In this document: one piece after another, positions 1 to 13,010 of the stretch
How the letters are laid out: each line of letters begins with the position of its first letter
Position numbering within the stretch: the first letter of the stretch is position 1
Assembly: GCF_009914755.1 (NCBI RefSeq)
Contig: NC_060927.1
Length of the DNA stretch: 64,000 nt
Source: the human T2T-CHM13v2.0 reference genome, Homo sapiens
Reading direction: 5' to 3' (one strand)
Position numbers and translations under genes: made by a program
Notes under the pieces: generated by a model
Told to the model about the DNA's origin: nothing
What the model saw: only the letters and a program-made list of their open reading frames with translations
Database searches by the model: none

Positions 1-1423
1 ATCCAGTTCCTGGGCTCACAGTGGCCTCTCTGTGAGGTTGTCCCAAAGGACTCCTCCTGCCTCACCTCTAGCCATGCCACATTTATCCCACTCTCCTACC
101 AAGCCACGGGTCTGCATGTGCCGGGCATTTGCCTCTGACTTGGCACATCTGGCTTCAAACCCAGGATGCCCAACCCTCTGTCGACTTATTTAGTTAGTCT
201 TGAGAGACCCAGAAGAACGTTTACTATCACTTCCTGAAAGGCTTCCTTGATTTATTCAGCAAGAACAATCTGTCCTCATCCTCCCCTGACAGCATTTGTC
301 ACCTGGCTCATTTATTCACTAACACACATTTACTGTGCATCTCTCCTGTGCTGGGTTTTGGCCCTGGGGGTCAAACACCAACTGAGACCCACCCTTTGCC
401 ACTACTGTCTTCTGGTTTCTGATTCCACCATCCCCTAGAGGGAGGCTGCTTCCACCAGCACACAGCAGGTCCTTAGGAAACCTCCCCTGGCTCCTGCCTC
501 TCTGGGGACTAGAGATGGGGATGTAAGTGCTGAGGTTGCCCAGATGCTCCTGCACACATGGGTGGCCACGTGCCCCCTGTAAGAGCCACTTAACAGACTT
601 GGGGCAGAGAGACAACGCCTCTGTGGGAAAACAGCTTGTGTTGCGGGCATCTGCTGTGATATCGGTCTGTATGGGCTGTCAAGGTAAGTTCAGAACCAGT
701 CTGATGGTCTGCTATCGTCTGGTGTGCATTGCAGGCATGTATGCAATGCCTAGAGTTTATGATCACATCACGGTGTTGACGGTTCCTGATGGGCAAGGTG
801 CAGGGTAAGGGGTGTCTCTCTGATACCTAGTGGTCCTAGGTGGGGTTTCCTATGAATCCAGTCTCTGTCATGTGGAGGGGGCAGCATTTACCTGATCCTC
901 CCTGATAGCATTTGTCACCCAGCTCATTCACAGTTATGTGCTCATAGCAGACCTGACATCTAGACGTGCACATGCACACACAGATGTGGCACACAACTGT
1001 GGATGTGGCACTAGATTGTGGATTTGAATGTGCATAGTGCAGCGCTGGGTGGTTTCTTTGCAAGCATGTGGACGCAATGTCCATTCGCTTATGTGCACCC
1101 ATGTGGACATGGCACAGAACGGGCACACAGAGGCTGTGTTCCTGTAATTCAACACACGTGTGGACACAAGTTTCCACTGATTTAAACCTATCACCTGCCT
1201 TTTCTCCAAGTCAGGCTGAGTTCCCACTCTTCTCTCCACTGTGGGAATTCTTTACTAAACTTCTCCACTCAGGGCTCCAGACTTCCCACATGGGCAGGGA
1301 AGTGGGTGTGGGGGCTGGGGATCTGAGTGGAAGGTGGTGACCAGGACTCATCTAGAAGCTGTGAAAACATCAATGATCTGTACCAAAGAATGGGGGGATC
1401 TAGTGAAGCTGGGGCCCCTGAGA

Positions 1424-1583
1424 AAGGTTTACTGGATAAAATATAGGATACCCAGAGAAATCTGAATTTTAGATAAACAGCAAATCATTTACTACTAATT
1501 AAAAAATTAACAAACTTATTGTTTATTTGCAATTCCAATGTCCCTGGATGCCCTGTATTTTTCTTTGTTAATCTGGCCACCCA
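1424..1583. mobile_element. MER53-like hAT MITE
   Basis: Palindromic element ggataaaatataggatacccag...ctggatgccctgtattt...atctggccaccc resembling the MER53 consensus. Confidence 0.65.
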
Positions 1584-2969
1584 TCCCTAAGGCTCCCTGT
1601 CCCCTCTCCTCCACATCCGGTGGCCAGCCTCTCTTACCCTCCCATTTGACGGTTGGGAAAATGGAGGCCCAGAGACGCGGAAGCGACTTGATCCAGGTCC
1701 AGGGAGGTTCAGCTCCCTGGGGCTGGACCCTGACCCCTGGCCCAGGCCCTCTCAGCACCCCACAGACACCAGGGAAGGGAACAACGGCTCGGCTTGCTTG
1801 AATGGAGCCTTACTACACACACAAATGACGGCCATTTCATATTCCCTCTGTATCAACCTCACTGAAGAGATCTGGTTCAGCATGCCCAGAGGTGATCTCT
1901 GAGAGGTCTTTGTCTCAGCCCTTTGGGAAAATGGAGGCCAGAAAAGCCCCTTATTCCTCCTTCTGGGGAGGGGCCTCCATGGTTGAGCGCAGACAAGAAG
2001 CACTTCCCTGTCCCTCCAGGTGGGGACGCTTTGCAGAGCTGCTACCTGTAGCCTCCCAGGACGCCTTTCAGAGGCAGTGGATGCAGAGTTCCAGTCTCCA
2101 CCCTGACACTTAGTGAGAGCTTCTGCACGTGGTGCCCCTTCCCTGAGCCTCAGTTTCTTTATCCACAAACTGGGGGAGAGGGACAACCTAGCTTCGCCTG
2201 CTGAGGTAGATGAAAGAAAGTGCAAAGGGCAGTGGTGGTGGGCACACAGCTGGCGCCCAGAGCCTGGGTGGAATATCCCTCTCCCAATCCCTTTGAGCTC
2301 AAATGTTACCCCCCGCAGTGCATCGACAGCAGTGGTGGCATGCTGGTGTCTTCTCACTGTTCTGTGATCTCAAGTGGCTCCTTCAATGATGCAGGACCAA
2401 TGCCCCTCTCATAGGCCCCACTCGGCTGGGGCTGCAGACAGGCCGGCAAGAAATGAGCACATGTGCTCCTACATGATCATCACTTTATACACGGGCCTTG
2501 CATTTCCATTCTCCTGGCCATTCTGTAAGATAGGGATTTTAAACTTCATTTTACGGACAGACGGACTGAGGCACAGAGAGATAAAGAGGCCTGCTCAGGG
2601 TCATACGGCTAAAGCTAGGATTTGAACTCAGGTCCCTGAGGCTCCGAACTGTACTGTCTTCACACCCTATCATGTTGTCTGCTTCAGGATGCAGCACTGA
2701 AATCAAAGCTGACAACTCTGCCATTTTCCTTGTTACTCTTGAGACAGCCTTTTGCTATAAACAGAGACTTGGCAATAGACAAGAGCTAGTTCCTAGGGAT
2801 GCCAAGCACCTGAAGGAAATTGGGAAAACTTAGTCACCAGACTGGGTGTTGCTAAATATTTGTGTTGTCACTGTGGTGTGGGTTCCTCCATTAGCATAAA
2901 TAAAAATCTTATATTTCAAAAGCAAAAAATCCACAAGTCCTTCAAAAGCTACATCATTTATAGAAAAAT

Positions 2970-3695
2970 GCATTTCTGTCTTTGGAAAGCGAGTGGGCTA
3001 AATAAACGGTGGTACATCTATTCCAAAGAATACTACACAACAGATTTAAAAAATGAGATCCATTTATATGTACTAACATAGAAGACTCTCCAAGATAAAC
3101 TGCTGAGTGAAGAAAGCAAGTTGCAGAACAATGTGTATAGTTTTATTCCACTTATGTAAAACAGAAAACTCTACAAAACAATAGTCTATTTTTTATGACT
3201 ATATATATGTAAATGTGTAGCAAGAGGTCTGTAAGGATCAGCTCAAACTCATGAAGGTGGTATCTCTGGGGAAGGGAAAGGGCACTATGATTAGTTGCAG
3301 TGGTTTAGGGGACTCTAGCTGTGACTGAAATATTTTAATTTTGGCTGGGCACGGTGGCTCACACCTGTAATCCCAGCACTTTGGGAGGCTGAGGCAGGTG
3401 GATCATCTGGGGCCAGGAGTTTGAGACCAGCCTAGCCAACATGATGAAACTCCGTCTCTACTAAAATATATATATATATACGTATATATATATAAATTAG
3501 CTGGGCGTGGTTGTGCACGCCTATAGTCCCAGCTACTCAGGAGGCTGAGGAAGGAGAATCACTTGAACCCAGGAGGTGGAGGTTGCAGTGAGTCGAGATC
3601 GTGCCACTGTACTCCAGCATGGGTGACAGAGCGAGACGCTGTCTCAAAAAAAAAATTAATTTTAACCAAGAGAATGTTATTTAAATAATTCAGAC
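2970..3695 (+). mobile_element. Old L1M (L1MC/L1ME-like) 3' fragment, interrupted by an Alu
   Basis: aataaacggtggtacatcta...gaatactacac...ctgagtgaagaaagcaagttgcagaac, typical L1M 3'UTR motifs. Confidence 0.65.
3343..3655 (+). mobile_element. AluS, full length, with (TA)n expansion in the middle linker
   Basis: ggctgggcacggtggctcac...gtctcaaaaaa; flanking ttaatttt duplication. Confidence 0.93.
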
Positions 3696-3769
3696 TTTAA
3701 AGGGGAAGTCAATATGAACTATAAGAAAATAAAGGTCTGTTTCCATATAACCTTTGGATGAAGTGGATT

Positions 3770-3950
3770 TGGGGACAAACATTCCTGGGTTAAAATCTCA
3801 GCTGCCTCACTTACTACCTGTGTATCCCTGAGGGAGTCACTTCACCTCCTCTGTACCATAAGCTGTGGTTCCTAACCCACGGCCTGGCTGTGAAGATTAA
3901 AATAAGGTAACGAGTGTGACGCGCCGGGCACACGGTAGGTGTTCAATGTG
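3770..3950 (+). mobile_element. MIR
   Basis: ctgggttaaaatctcagc...cacttactacctgtgt...gtgaagattaaaataag...gggcacacggtaggtgttcaat. Confidence 0.6.
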
Positions 3951-4059
3951 TACCCCCATCATCTCTTCTTTTCCTCCATGTACTGTCTCTGTCTTCCATC
4001 AGAGTCCACTCCTGCCTCCTGTACCTGTTACACCATCCAGCAAAATTCGAGAAAAACAT

Positions 4060-4670
4060 CTCAGATATGACCACATCCCTCTGCCATCTGCACACTGGTC
4101 CAGGCCACCATCCTTGCTCACCTGGATGGCCTCAGCAGCCACCTTGCCTGTCTCCCTGTTCCCACCACCCTCAATTCGTACTCTACCCTGCAGCCAGAGG
4201 GACATTTCAAATGTGTAAAGTGCAGTGTGCTCATGTCAAGCCCTTGCTCAGAATGCTCGAGTGGCTCCCACTGCAGGCAGAGGAAATCCATTAGAGAAGA
4301 TCCAGAAGGCCCTGCACAGAGGGCCCCTGCTCTCCTCTGCAGTCTCATTCCCCCTTCCCATCATTGTGCTCCAGTGACACCAGCCTCTTTTCTGAGGCTT
4401 CAACACAAGTGCTTTCCTGCCTTAGGGCCTTTGCTGTGCTGTTCCCTCTGCTTGGAATGCTCTTCCCCCTGCCTCTGTACCTAATTCAGCACTTCTTTTG
4501 GCTGAACCCCCCTCCTAGATAGGTTACACCCCCTTCGGAATGCTCTCATAGCTCCCTGAAAATCCCTTTCCTTTTAATCATTATTTTAATAATTATTAAT
4601 GAAATTGGTTTTTCTTAATGCTTCATTCCCTTGCTGACTCTAAGCTCCATGAGAACACTCAATAAACATG
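4060..4670 (+). mobile_element. L2 3' fragment
   Basis: tccaggccaccatcc...ctgcagccagag...gtggctccca...cactcaataaa, L2 3'-end motifs. Confidence 0.65.
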
Positions 4671-7605
4671 TGGCCTCTCCTAGACACACCTGCACAGGAA
4701 GAAGGAAGGTGAGGAGTGGTCAGTGCTTAACTCCAAAGCAACGTCTGCTCTAAGACAGGCATTTTCAGGCTGAAGACTGGGGAGCTGGAGAGATACTCAG
4801 GGTCTCCTGGAGTCACTCCCTTCTGTGCCAGAGACCACATAGCAAGCGCCTCAGTGGACTCCCGTGTCCTTGCTGTCGACAGGAGGGATGGAGGCGCCTC
4901 CAGCCAGACCCCCAAGGCCATGAAGGCCACAAAAGGACTTGGGGAAATGCAATCTCCAGCCTGGGCCTCAGCCTGGGATGTCACTTGAACTTTCCATTTA
5001 GGTGCGCGAAGTTACTACTGGGCGAAAAAGCTGTTGGTGAAATCCAGTATCAGAAATAAACGCCAGGAAAGCGGAAGCCTTCATTTCTGTGACAGTGGCT
5101 CCTCCCTGCTCTTAAAAAAGAGAGCTTATTTGAGGATCAGGAGCCGTTTCCTAGAAATAGATTCCTCCTCAGGGAGAAAGAATTTTGCGGGGGATAGGAG
5201 GGTGGGGTGGGGGTGGGGGGAAGATGGTGATGAGATGGTGATGAAGCAAATCAGAAAACCCACGGAGACCCCATGAGAGAAGGTCCCTCGTGAAAGTTGA
5301 TTTAGAAACCGCATTCACATCTGTGATTGCATCTGAGTCTCAAGACTGCAGGGCCTGCATTAAGAGGTTCAAATGGCAGATGAGGAAACTGTGGTTTAGG
5401 GAGGTTAGGGAACCAACCCAAGGCCGCACATCTAAACTTCAAAACAGATGTGGGTTAAGGAAATAGGGATAAGCAGTGTCTCTCATCCCATCTTCTCTCT
5501 CTTTCAATCCCTGGTCCAGGATTTCATGGGATCCACAAGGTAAGCTCCACTTGATTATCTACGTCTCCAACTCAGCAAGTCTAAGACCAAACTAATTGTT
5601 TCCTTCAAATCTATTCCTCTTTCAGATTATATTGATCAGCCTCCCCGGGGTTTCTTGGATTTGACCTTTCTTTACTTTTGGGGTCATCACACGAATTCGG
5701 ACTCTCGGCATCTCCCATCTGGCTATTCCTACAACGGCTCCTTAGTGGGTCTCCCTCTTCTGAGGCTCACTGCCTTCTGACCCACAATATACGCTGTTCT
5801 AATCACTCTGAAATGCTTTACTAATAATGTCTAACACCCATTGTGTGACAGTTAAGCCTAACCTTGGTCATTCATTCATTCCCCTTCCTTTTCTTTTTCA
5901 TTTAATCTTTATTAAACAGGCATTTTGAGATTGCTGCATCCAAAATATCAGGTATGTGGTGTCTCCTCAGGACACAAAGACACAGTCTGGGATGGTGAAG
6001 GTGGAGGGAGACACCTAAACAATTAATTCCAATCGATGGCCACAAATTTGTCCATGTTTTCCACCTGAAATACCTCTCCCTCCACCTTCAGTTCTTTTTC
6101 CAGGCCTGGTCTGTCACCTCCTCTTGGAATCTGCCTCAATCCATCCTCTCCTAACCATGTTTCCTTCTCTCTCGTGGTGCCTACCACATTGCTAACTGTT
6201 ATGAAGGCCTGTTTGGGTCTGCCTACCTTCCTGTAACCCCTTTCTGCCAGCTTGAGCGTTCTGCCTCATTTCTATATAAGGTCAGTGGTCCAGCACATGG
6301 TAGACCTCCAATAAGAGTAGAATGGATTCAACTCCAGTTTTAAAGTAAATCCTTCATGTGTTCTATTTCTCCTCACTGACACCCAATCCGATTTCCTAGA
6401 CCTGCCATCCATCCATTTGCCTTGATGCTGGGCTCAGGGCTAGGCTGCCTGGCCTTGCTGCGTATGGCCTGGGCATGTTAACCTCCAGGTGCCTCAGTAT
6501 TCCCATCTGAAAAAAGGGGATTATACTCGAACCCTAGAACCCATCTCGCTGAGTTATAGTGAGGATGAGATGAGTCAGTAATGCCTGTTAATGTGCTTAG
6601 AACAGTGTTTGGCATGTGGTAGAAGGGTGAGCCACAACTATGGTCATAAAAGGCTTTTCCAGTGTTTTTGGAAATAGGCACTTTTTTTCTATTTTTCCTT
6701 TAGGGCTGAATTCATTCAGTGTTGGTTTGGAACTATTACCCTCTCCTGCCTTGTATTTCATCCCCGTCCTGTGAGTTCCGGGGATCCTCTTGCCTCCCCA
6801 GGTGGCGTTGTGCTATGAGGGGACGAGGGGAGGCAAGGGTGGCTGGACCAACCACTTCTGTCCGGGAAGAATCACCAACCCCTCCCCTCACTGGGCCAAC
6901 ACCTGGTTGCCTAGCAACATCTCCGCAGCCACTTGAAATTTTATGGGGAGACACAATGTTCCCATTGAGCCCTCAAATCACAGTCCATTGAGTTCTGTGT
7001 AGCCTGAGGCTCAGTGAAAAAAGCAAGATGAACAGAAGAAAGCACCAAGCTGTTCAGAGGACAGAGCACTGTGTGAGGAGACTGTGCTGGGGTTCCAGCC
7101 ACGCCTACCCTGGCAGGCTGAGCAACCCAGGGCAGTGTGAGGTGTCACAGAGGCCTTCGCCCAGGTCTGAGTTCCTAAAGCGGACTTGTCACAGCCTCAC
7201 CGGGCCAGCTGTTTCTCCTCCCAGATCCCTGGCCTCTTCTCAGCTGTGAGAGTGAGGATTTAGCACCTGCTTGGCAGGGCTTTAGCAAAAATGAAACGAG
7301 ATGATGCATCATGTCTCTCCCTGACTCCCTCACTGTAGAGGAAAAACCCACACAACCCATGGTGCTCCTGCAGCCTCCTGTTGTCCAGCCCCATTCAGTC
7401 CCCTGGCTTCGTCTCCCACCCAATCTCCACTCAGGCCCCACCTCCCAGCCTTTGCCCACCTTCTCCACTTTGCATCCTCCGGGTCTCCTCTGTCTCCGGA
7501 TCCCAGGCTCTGAGAGGCTCCGCTCTGTTATTTCCTACCCAGCCCTTGTCTTATTTCCTCCAGAGTCCTTAAGACAGTGGAAAATCTCCATTATTTTCCC
7601 ATTTA

Positions 7606-9914
7606 CAGGCACACCTACTTTATTGTGCTTCACAGATAGTGCATTTTTTCACAAATTGAAGGTTTGCGGCAACCCTGCATTGAGCAAGTCTATAGGTGCC
7701 ATTTTTCCAATAGCACATGCTCACCTCATTTCTCTAAATCACATTTTGTTAATTCTTGCAGTATTTCAAACTTTTTCATGATGATTAAATCTGTTGTGGT
7801 GATTTGTGATCTTTCATGTCACTATTGTAACCGTTTTGGGGCACCACAAACCATGCCCATATCAGATGGTGAACTTAATCAGTCAATGTTGCATGCATTC
7901 TGACTGCTCCACTAACCGGCTGTTCCCTGTCTCTCCATCTCCTTGGGCCTCCCTATTCCCTGAGACACAACAATACTGAAGTTTGACCAATTAATAACTC
8001 TACCATGGCCTCCAAATCACTTTAAATCAAAAGCTAGAAATGATTAAGCTTAGTGAGGAAGGCATGTCTCACTAAGATAGGCTGAAAGCTAGGCCTCTTA
8101 TGCCAAATGGTTAGCCAAGTTGTGAATGCAAAGGAAAAGTTCTAGAAGGAAATTAAAAGTGCTACTCCCGTGAACACCTGAATGATAAGAAAGTGAAAAT
8201 GTATTGCTGAAATGGAGAAAGTTTGAGTGGTTTGGATAGAAGATCAAACCAGCCACAACATTCCCTTAAGCCAAAGCCTAATCCAGAAGCCCTAACTCTC
8301 TTCAATTCCATGAAGGCTGAGAGAAGTGAGGAAGATGCAGAAGAAAAGTTGGAAGCTAGCAGAGGTTGGTTCATGCGGCTTAAGAAAATAAGCCATTTCT
8401 GTAGCATGAAAGTGCCACAGAAGTGATTCCTTTTGAAATATTACTACTCATTGACAATGCACCTGGTCACCCAAGTGCTCTCATGGAGATGTGCAAGGAG
8501 ATAAGTGCTGTTTTCACACCTGCTAACACAATATCTATTCTGCAGCCCATGAGTCAAGGAGTCATTTAAACTTTCAAGTCTTATTTAAAAAATACACTCA
8601 TAAGGCGATAGCTGCCATCCATAGTGATTCCTCTGATGGATCTGGGCAGAGTAAACTGAAAGCCTTCTGGAAAGGATTCACCACTCCAGATGCCATTAAG
8701 AACATTGGTGGTTCACAAGAGGAGGTGAAAATATCAACATGAAAAGGAGTTTAAAGGAAGTTGATTCCAACCCTCATGGATAACTTTGAGGGGTTCAAGA
8801 CTTCAGTGGAGGAGGTCACTGCAGATGTGGTGAAAATAGCAAGAGAATGAGAATTCTTAACTTGTTCTTTCATAAGAAGCAACTCCTCCTCCATTCAAGT
8901 TTGATCATGAGATTGCAGCAATTCACTCACTTCTTCATGCTCCACTTATCTTTGGGTATCCTAACATTCCCAGTCCCATCCCCCTTCTCCCACCTCTTCC
9001 TCACTAGGATGCATTTGGAGAAATCACAGTATCAGAAATAGCACCCCCTACTTGGTTAGAACTTGGAGCTGTCAGCTGAGCGAGAGCCAAGTCCCAAGAG
9101 GCCACTGAGTGTCCAGTAAAGAAAGGGTTTTAATAAGGCTTTTCTGACATGCCTATTTTCCCTGGGGTTGGCCACAGTTCTGTGACCCCTTTTCTTTACT
9201 GGACACTTGGTGGCCTCTTGGGGCTTGGCTCTCACTCAGCTGACAGCTCCAGGTTCTAACAGAGTAGGGGGTGCTATTTCTGATACTGAGATCTCTCCAA
9301 ATGCATCCCAGTGAGGAAAGAGGTGGGAGAAGGGATATAGGACTGGGAATGTTAGGATACCCAAAGATAAGTGGAGCGTGAAGATATGAGTGAATTGCTG
9401 CAATCTTGTGATCAAACTTGAATGGATGAGGAGTTGCTTCTTATGAATGAGCAAAGTGATTTCTTGAGCTGGAATCTATTTTGGGTAAAGATGCTGTGAA
9501 CATTGTTGAAATGACAACAAAGGACTTAGAATATTCCATACCTTAGTTGATTGAGCAGCGGCAGTGTCTGAGAGGACTGACTCCAATTTTGAAAGTGGTC
9601 TACTGTGGGTAAAATGCTATCAAACAGCATCGCATGCTAGAGTAACCTTTCATGAAAAGAGAGTCAATCTACACAGCAAACTTCATGGTTGCCTTATTTT
9701 CAGAAATTGCCATTGCCACCCCACCTTTAGCAACTGCCACCCTGATCAGTCAGCAGCCATCAACATCGAGGCAAGACCCTTAACTGGCAAAAAAATGACG
9801 ACTTGCTGTGGGCTCAGACAATTGGTAGCATTGTGAGTGTGTGACTCACTTTATTGTGATATTTGCCTTATCGCAGTGGTCTGGAACCCCCGTTATCTCC
9901 TAGGTGGATGCCTA
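7606..9914 (+). mobile_element. Tigger1 (TcMar-Tigger) DNA transposon fossil, internally deleted and interrupted at ~8856-9368
   Basis: TA|caggcacacct 5' end and aggtggatgccta|TA 3' end; frameshifted transposase remnants ([33 protein letters not shown]). Confidence 0.93.
8861..9456. repeat. Long inverted repeat: arms ~8861-9128 and ~9185-9456, spacer ~56 bp
   Basis: Manual alignment gives ~25 differences over ~270 bp (~90%); ORFs 8847..9041(+) and 9236..9454(-) encode near-identical peptides. Confidence 0.95.
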
Positions 9915-11594
9915 TACTTGCTTTTTTGCTTGTCACACGCACACACAAAGCCAAAATATGCAAGCCCCATGAGGGCAGAGACATTGTTTTGTTGTTTTTG
10001 ATCACTACCCTTTTATCTCCAGGGCCTAGAACTGTGTCTAGCACATAGTAGGTGCTCAAGAAACATCTACTGAATGAATAACTTAAAAAAAAAAAAAGGA
10101 TTTCCCAGTGTCTGGCGCTTGGTAGGTATTCAGAGGCCTTAGCTCTCTTGTTTCATTTTAGGTTTTGCTTTTCCAAAAAGGGGGTGGGCTGGCACCCTGA
10201 AACCCCACAATGCTTGATCCGGCATCTACTGGAGGCAATTCTTTTAAAGCTATTTATAGCAAAAGATAAAAATAGCTCTTAATGAAAGCATGGTAGAAGA
10301 AAATCATCACTCCCGGCACTTTTCAGGGACAAAATTTCAGGACAGAGCTGGAATGACAGGTCCTAGAGGCTCTGAAATTTAAATACATGAAATAGGGAGA
10401 GGAAAAAATATCTACAAGCTGAAAGCATCTGGAACACATTCAAAGAGCAGGGGCTTGAGCCAGGCAGGCGCTGGTTTGGATCTCACCTCTGTCACCTGTC
10501 AGTGCATGGCCTCGGGCACACTGTGCCTCAGTTTCCTCATCTGTAGGACAGTGATAATACCGGAAGGAGATGCCATAATAAAGGGCATGTCCTTCCTCCT
10601 CTAGTGCTCAGAATTAAACCCCAGGGCTGGGACCTGCCCCTGACTCAGGCGAGATCTCCATCAGCCTCCCACATTGAGGCTGCACAGGCCTGAAGCCTGG
10701 CAGGCTCCCAGAGATGGTACTTGTTAGACAATTTAGGAAAGCCCTGGGGCAGGTATGGGAGTGGGGGTGACAGAAAAGCTGGCAGTTCCAGATCAAACAG
10801 TCAGCAGTTCCAGGAGCCAGAACATGAGAGGGAGAGTTTTGCGGCCTGGCCTCGCATTAACTGCAGCGGTTGAAAAACTGATTATTCTAAACCCCAGCGC
10901 TCACTTGCTCAACACTTTCCCCTCGCCTAGGTAATTAGATCTCCCAGGACTTCAAGAGGATGCTGGCGGCTTCACGCCAGAAGCGAATCTCACTCACGTG
11001 TCCTTGAGGCTGGCAAGGAGGTGGCAGGGGCATGTCTTCACTAGCTTAGATCATAGCCCCTCTGGGCTTAGGGCTGTCTCCCTGGGACCTGTCTCTTGAC
11101 AGGGGACAAAGGGACGCGGCTTTCTACATTAGGGACAGAGGGAACGACAGGGAAGCCTGGCCAGGGCGTGTATAAGGAGGCGGTGGAGAGGTTGCTGTTG
11201 GCTTTGGCCAGGGTTAGATTCTCTGATGTCTCTGTGGCCCCCAAGTTGAGCTGGACTGGGGGCTCTGGCTGGGGTAGGGGATGGGCTGGGGGAGCTCTCA
11301 GTATGCAGACAGGCACCTCCACACACATGCATCTGCTCCTGTTTTCATTTACTTAGAATCCCTGCTAGGGCTGGGGTTTCAGAGGCCAGTGAAGCTGTCT
11401 TGGTTCAGGAATCCAAAAGCCCAGGCTGGTGCCTGTCTCCCCACCAGATGTGCTCCAGCTGCCTCTCTCAAGTGGACGGGAAACCCTTTAGCCACTTATG
11501 GGCTGAGGCGAAGTGTGGGAATAGAAAAGCTACCCTCTGCATTCTACAGTTTGCCTCTGTAGGAATTTTTTTTTTCTGCAATGGGGCTCACCCA

Positions 11595-11831
11595 GGGATT
11601 TTCCCACATGCCTATTTTCTCAGGGATTGGCCATAGTTATGTGACCCCTTTTCTTTACTGGACACTCAGTGGCCTCTTGGGACTTGGCTTTCGCTCAGCT
11701 GACAGCTCTAGGCTCTAACAGAGTAGGGGGTGCTATTTCTGATACTGTGATTTCTCCAAATACATCCCAGTGAGGAAAGAGGTGGGAGAAGGGGGATAGG
11801 ATTGGGAATGTTAGGATACCCAAAGATAAGT
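11595..11831 (+). repeat. Local ~235-bp duplication: direct copy of ~9137-9372 and inverted copy of ~8945-9128
   Basis: acatgcctatttt...gtgaccccttttctttactggacac...ttaggatacccaaagataagt occurs at both loci. Confidence 0.95.
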
Positions 11832-12849
11832 CCTGACTCTGTCACCCCCTCGCTGTGTGACCCTGGACAAGTCACTCTCTCAGCCTCAGTTTCTTTACTA
11901 TAAATGGGAGGTAAAAAGTGTGTGTCCCCCTGAGCAGCTATGTTACAAGACGAAACCATGAAGGTTATAGGGTCTTGTAGAGTGCCTGGGAGAACCCAAG
12001 GAATGGACATAGGGGATTTGAAAATACTGAAGAGCAGAAGCCCCACTGTTACCCACCTTCAGCAATCCATGGAAGGTAGTTCCTAGGCATCCAGCACGTC
12101 AGCTGATGCTCAGGATAAATGTCACCTCCACAAGGAAGCCTGTCTTGATTGCCCACCTAAAGCTGCCCCTCCCTCAGTCACTCTCAAAGCACTTATCCAC
12201 TCGATATTTTGTTATTCATTAATTTATTCTGTATTTTTTTTTCTGGACCCCTGGAAGCTTTGTGAAGAAGAATATCTTTGTTGGTTTTGCTCACTGCTAT
12301 ATACCTAGCTCCTAGGACAGCATCTAGCACCAAGTAGTTACCCAATAAATTGTTCTTTAAAGTGTAAAAAAAAAAATGCAGCAGCTTATTTGAATTAGTA
12401 AATGAATGCAGTGATTCTCAGCTAGGGGGTGGGGCATACCCCACTAGGGGATGTGCCAAAATTTCTCAGAGAATAGTAAGAAGCAGAACATCTATAGTCT
12501 CAGGGCACAACTTAAACATGATCATCATTTATTTTCAGTTACAATCTTTAACTTATTATGGAATCTCAAATGACATTAGCAGACGGGGGAAAGATCTGTA
12601 GTTTCAAAGGAAGCTCTGGGTTTCTACAGATTGGGGACTTTGATCTCCTGTGGCCCTGGCAGCCTGTCCCTGAGGCCCTCCTGCAACAGGGTATGGCTGG
12701 ATCATACCAGGCCTGCAGGCCACAGTGAGGAGTTTTGATTTCATTCTGAGAGCAGTGGGAGCCACAGGGTTTTCAGCAGGTGGTGGCACAACCTGACTTG
12801 TATTTAAGTTTACTCTGGCCATAAATGGGAGAGGAAGAAAAAAGGGAGG

Positions 12850-13010
12850 GGCTTGTAATACATTATTCTCATTTAATTTTCCTAACAACCTTGTAGGTAG
12901 GCATATCTGGACCCCTTTTTCAGATGAAGAAACTGAGGCTCAGAGAGGGAAAATGATTCACCTGAGGCCACACAGTGAGTGAGCAGAGGAGCCAATGCTG
13001 GACTCCCAGT
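12850..13010 (-). mobile_element. MIR
   Basis: ctcatttaattttcctaacaacc...cagatgaagaaactgaggctcagagagg core. Confidence 0.7.

Noticed and set aside
8223-9836. Functional or domesticated Tigger transposase
   Set aside because: Frameshifts, stops, an internal deletion and the fold-back insertion.
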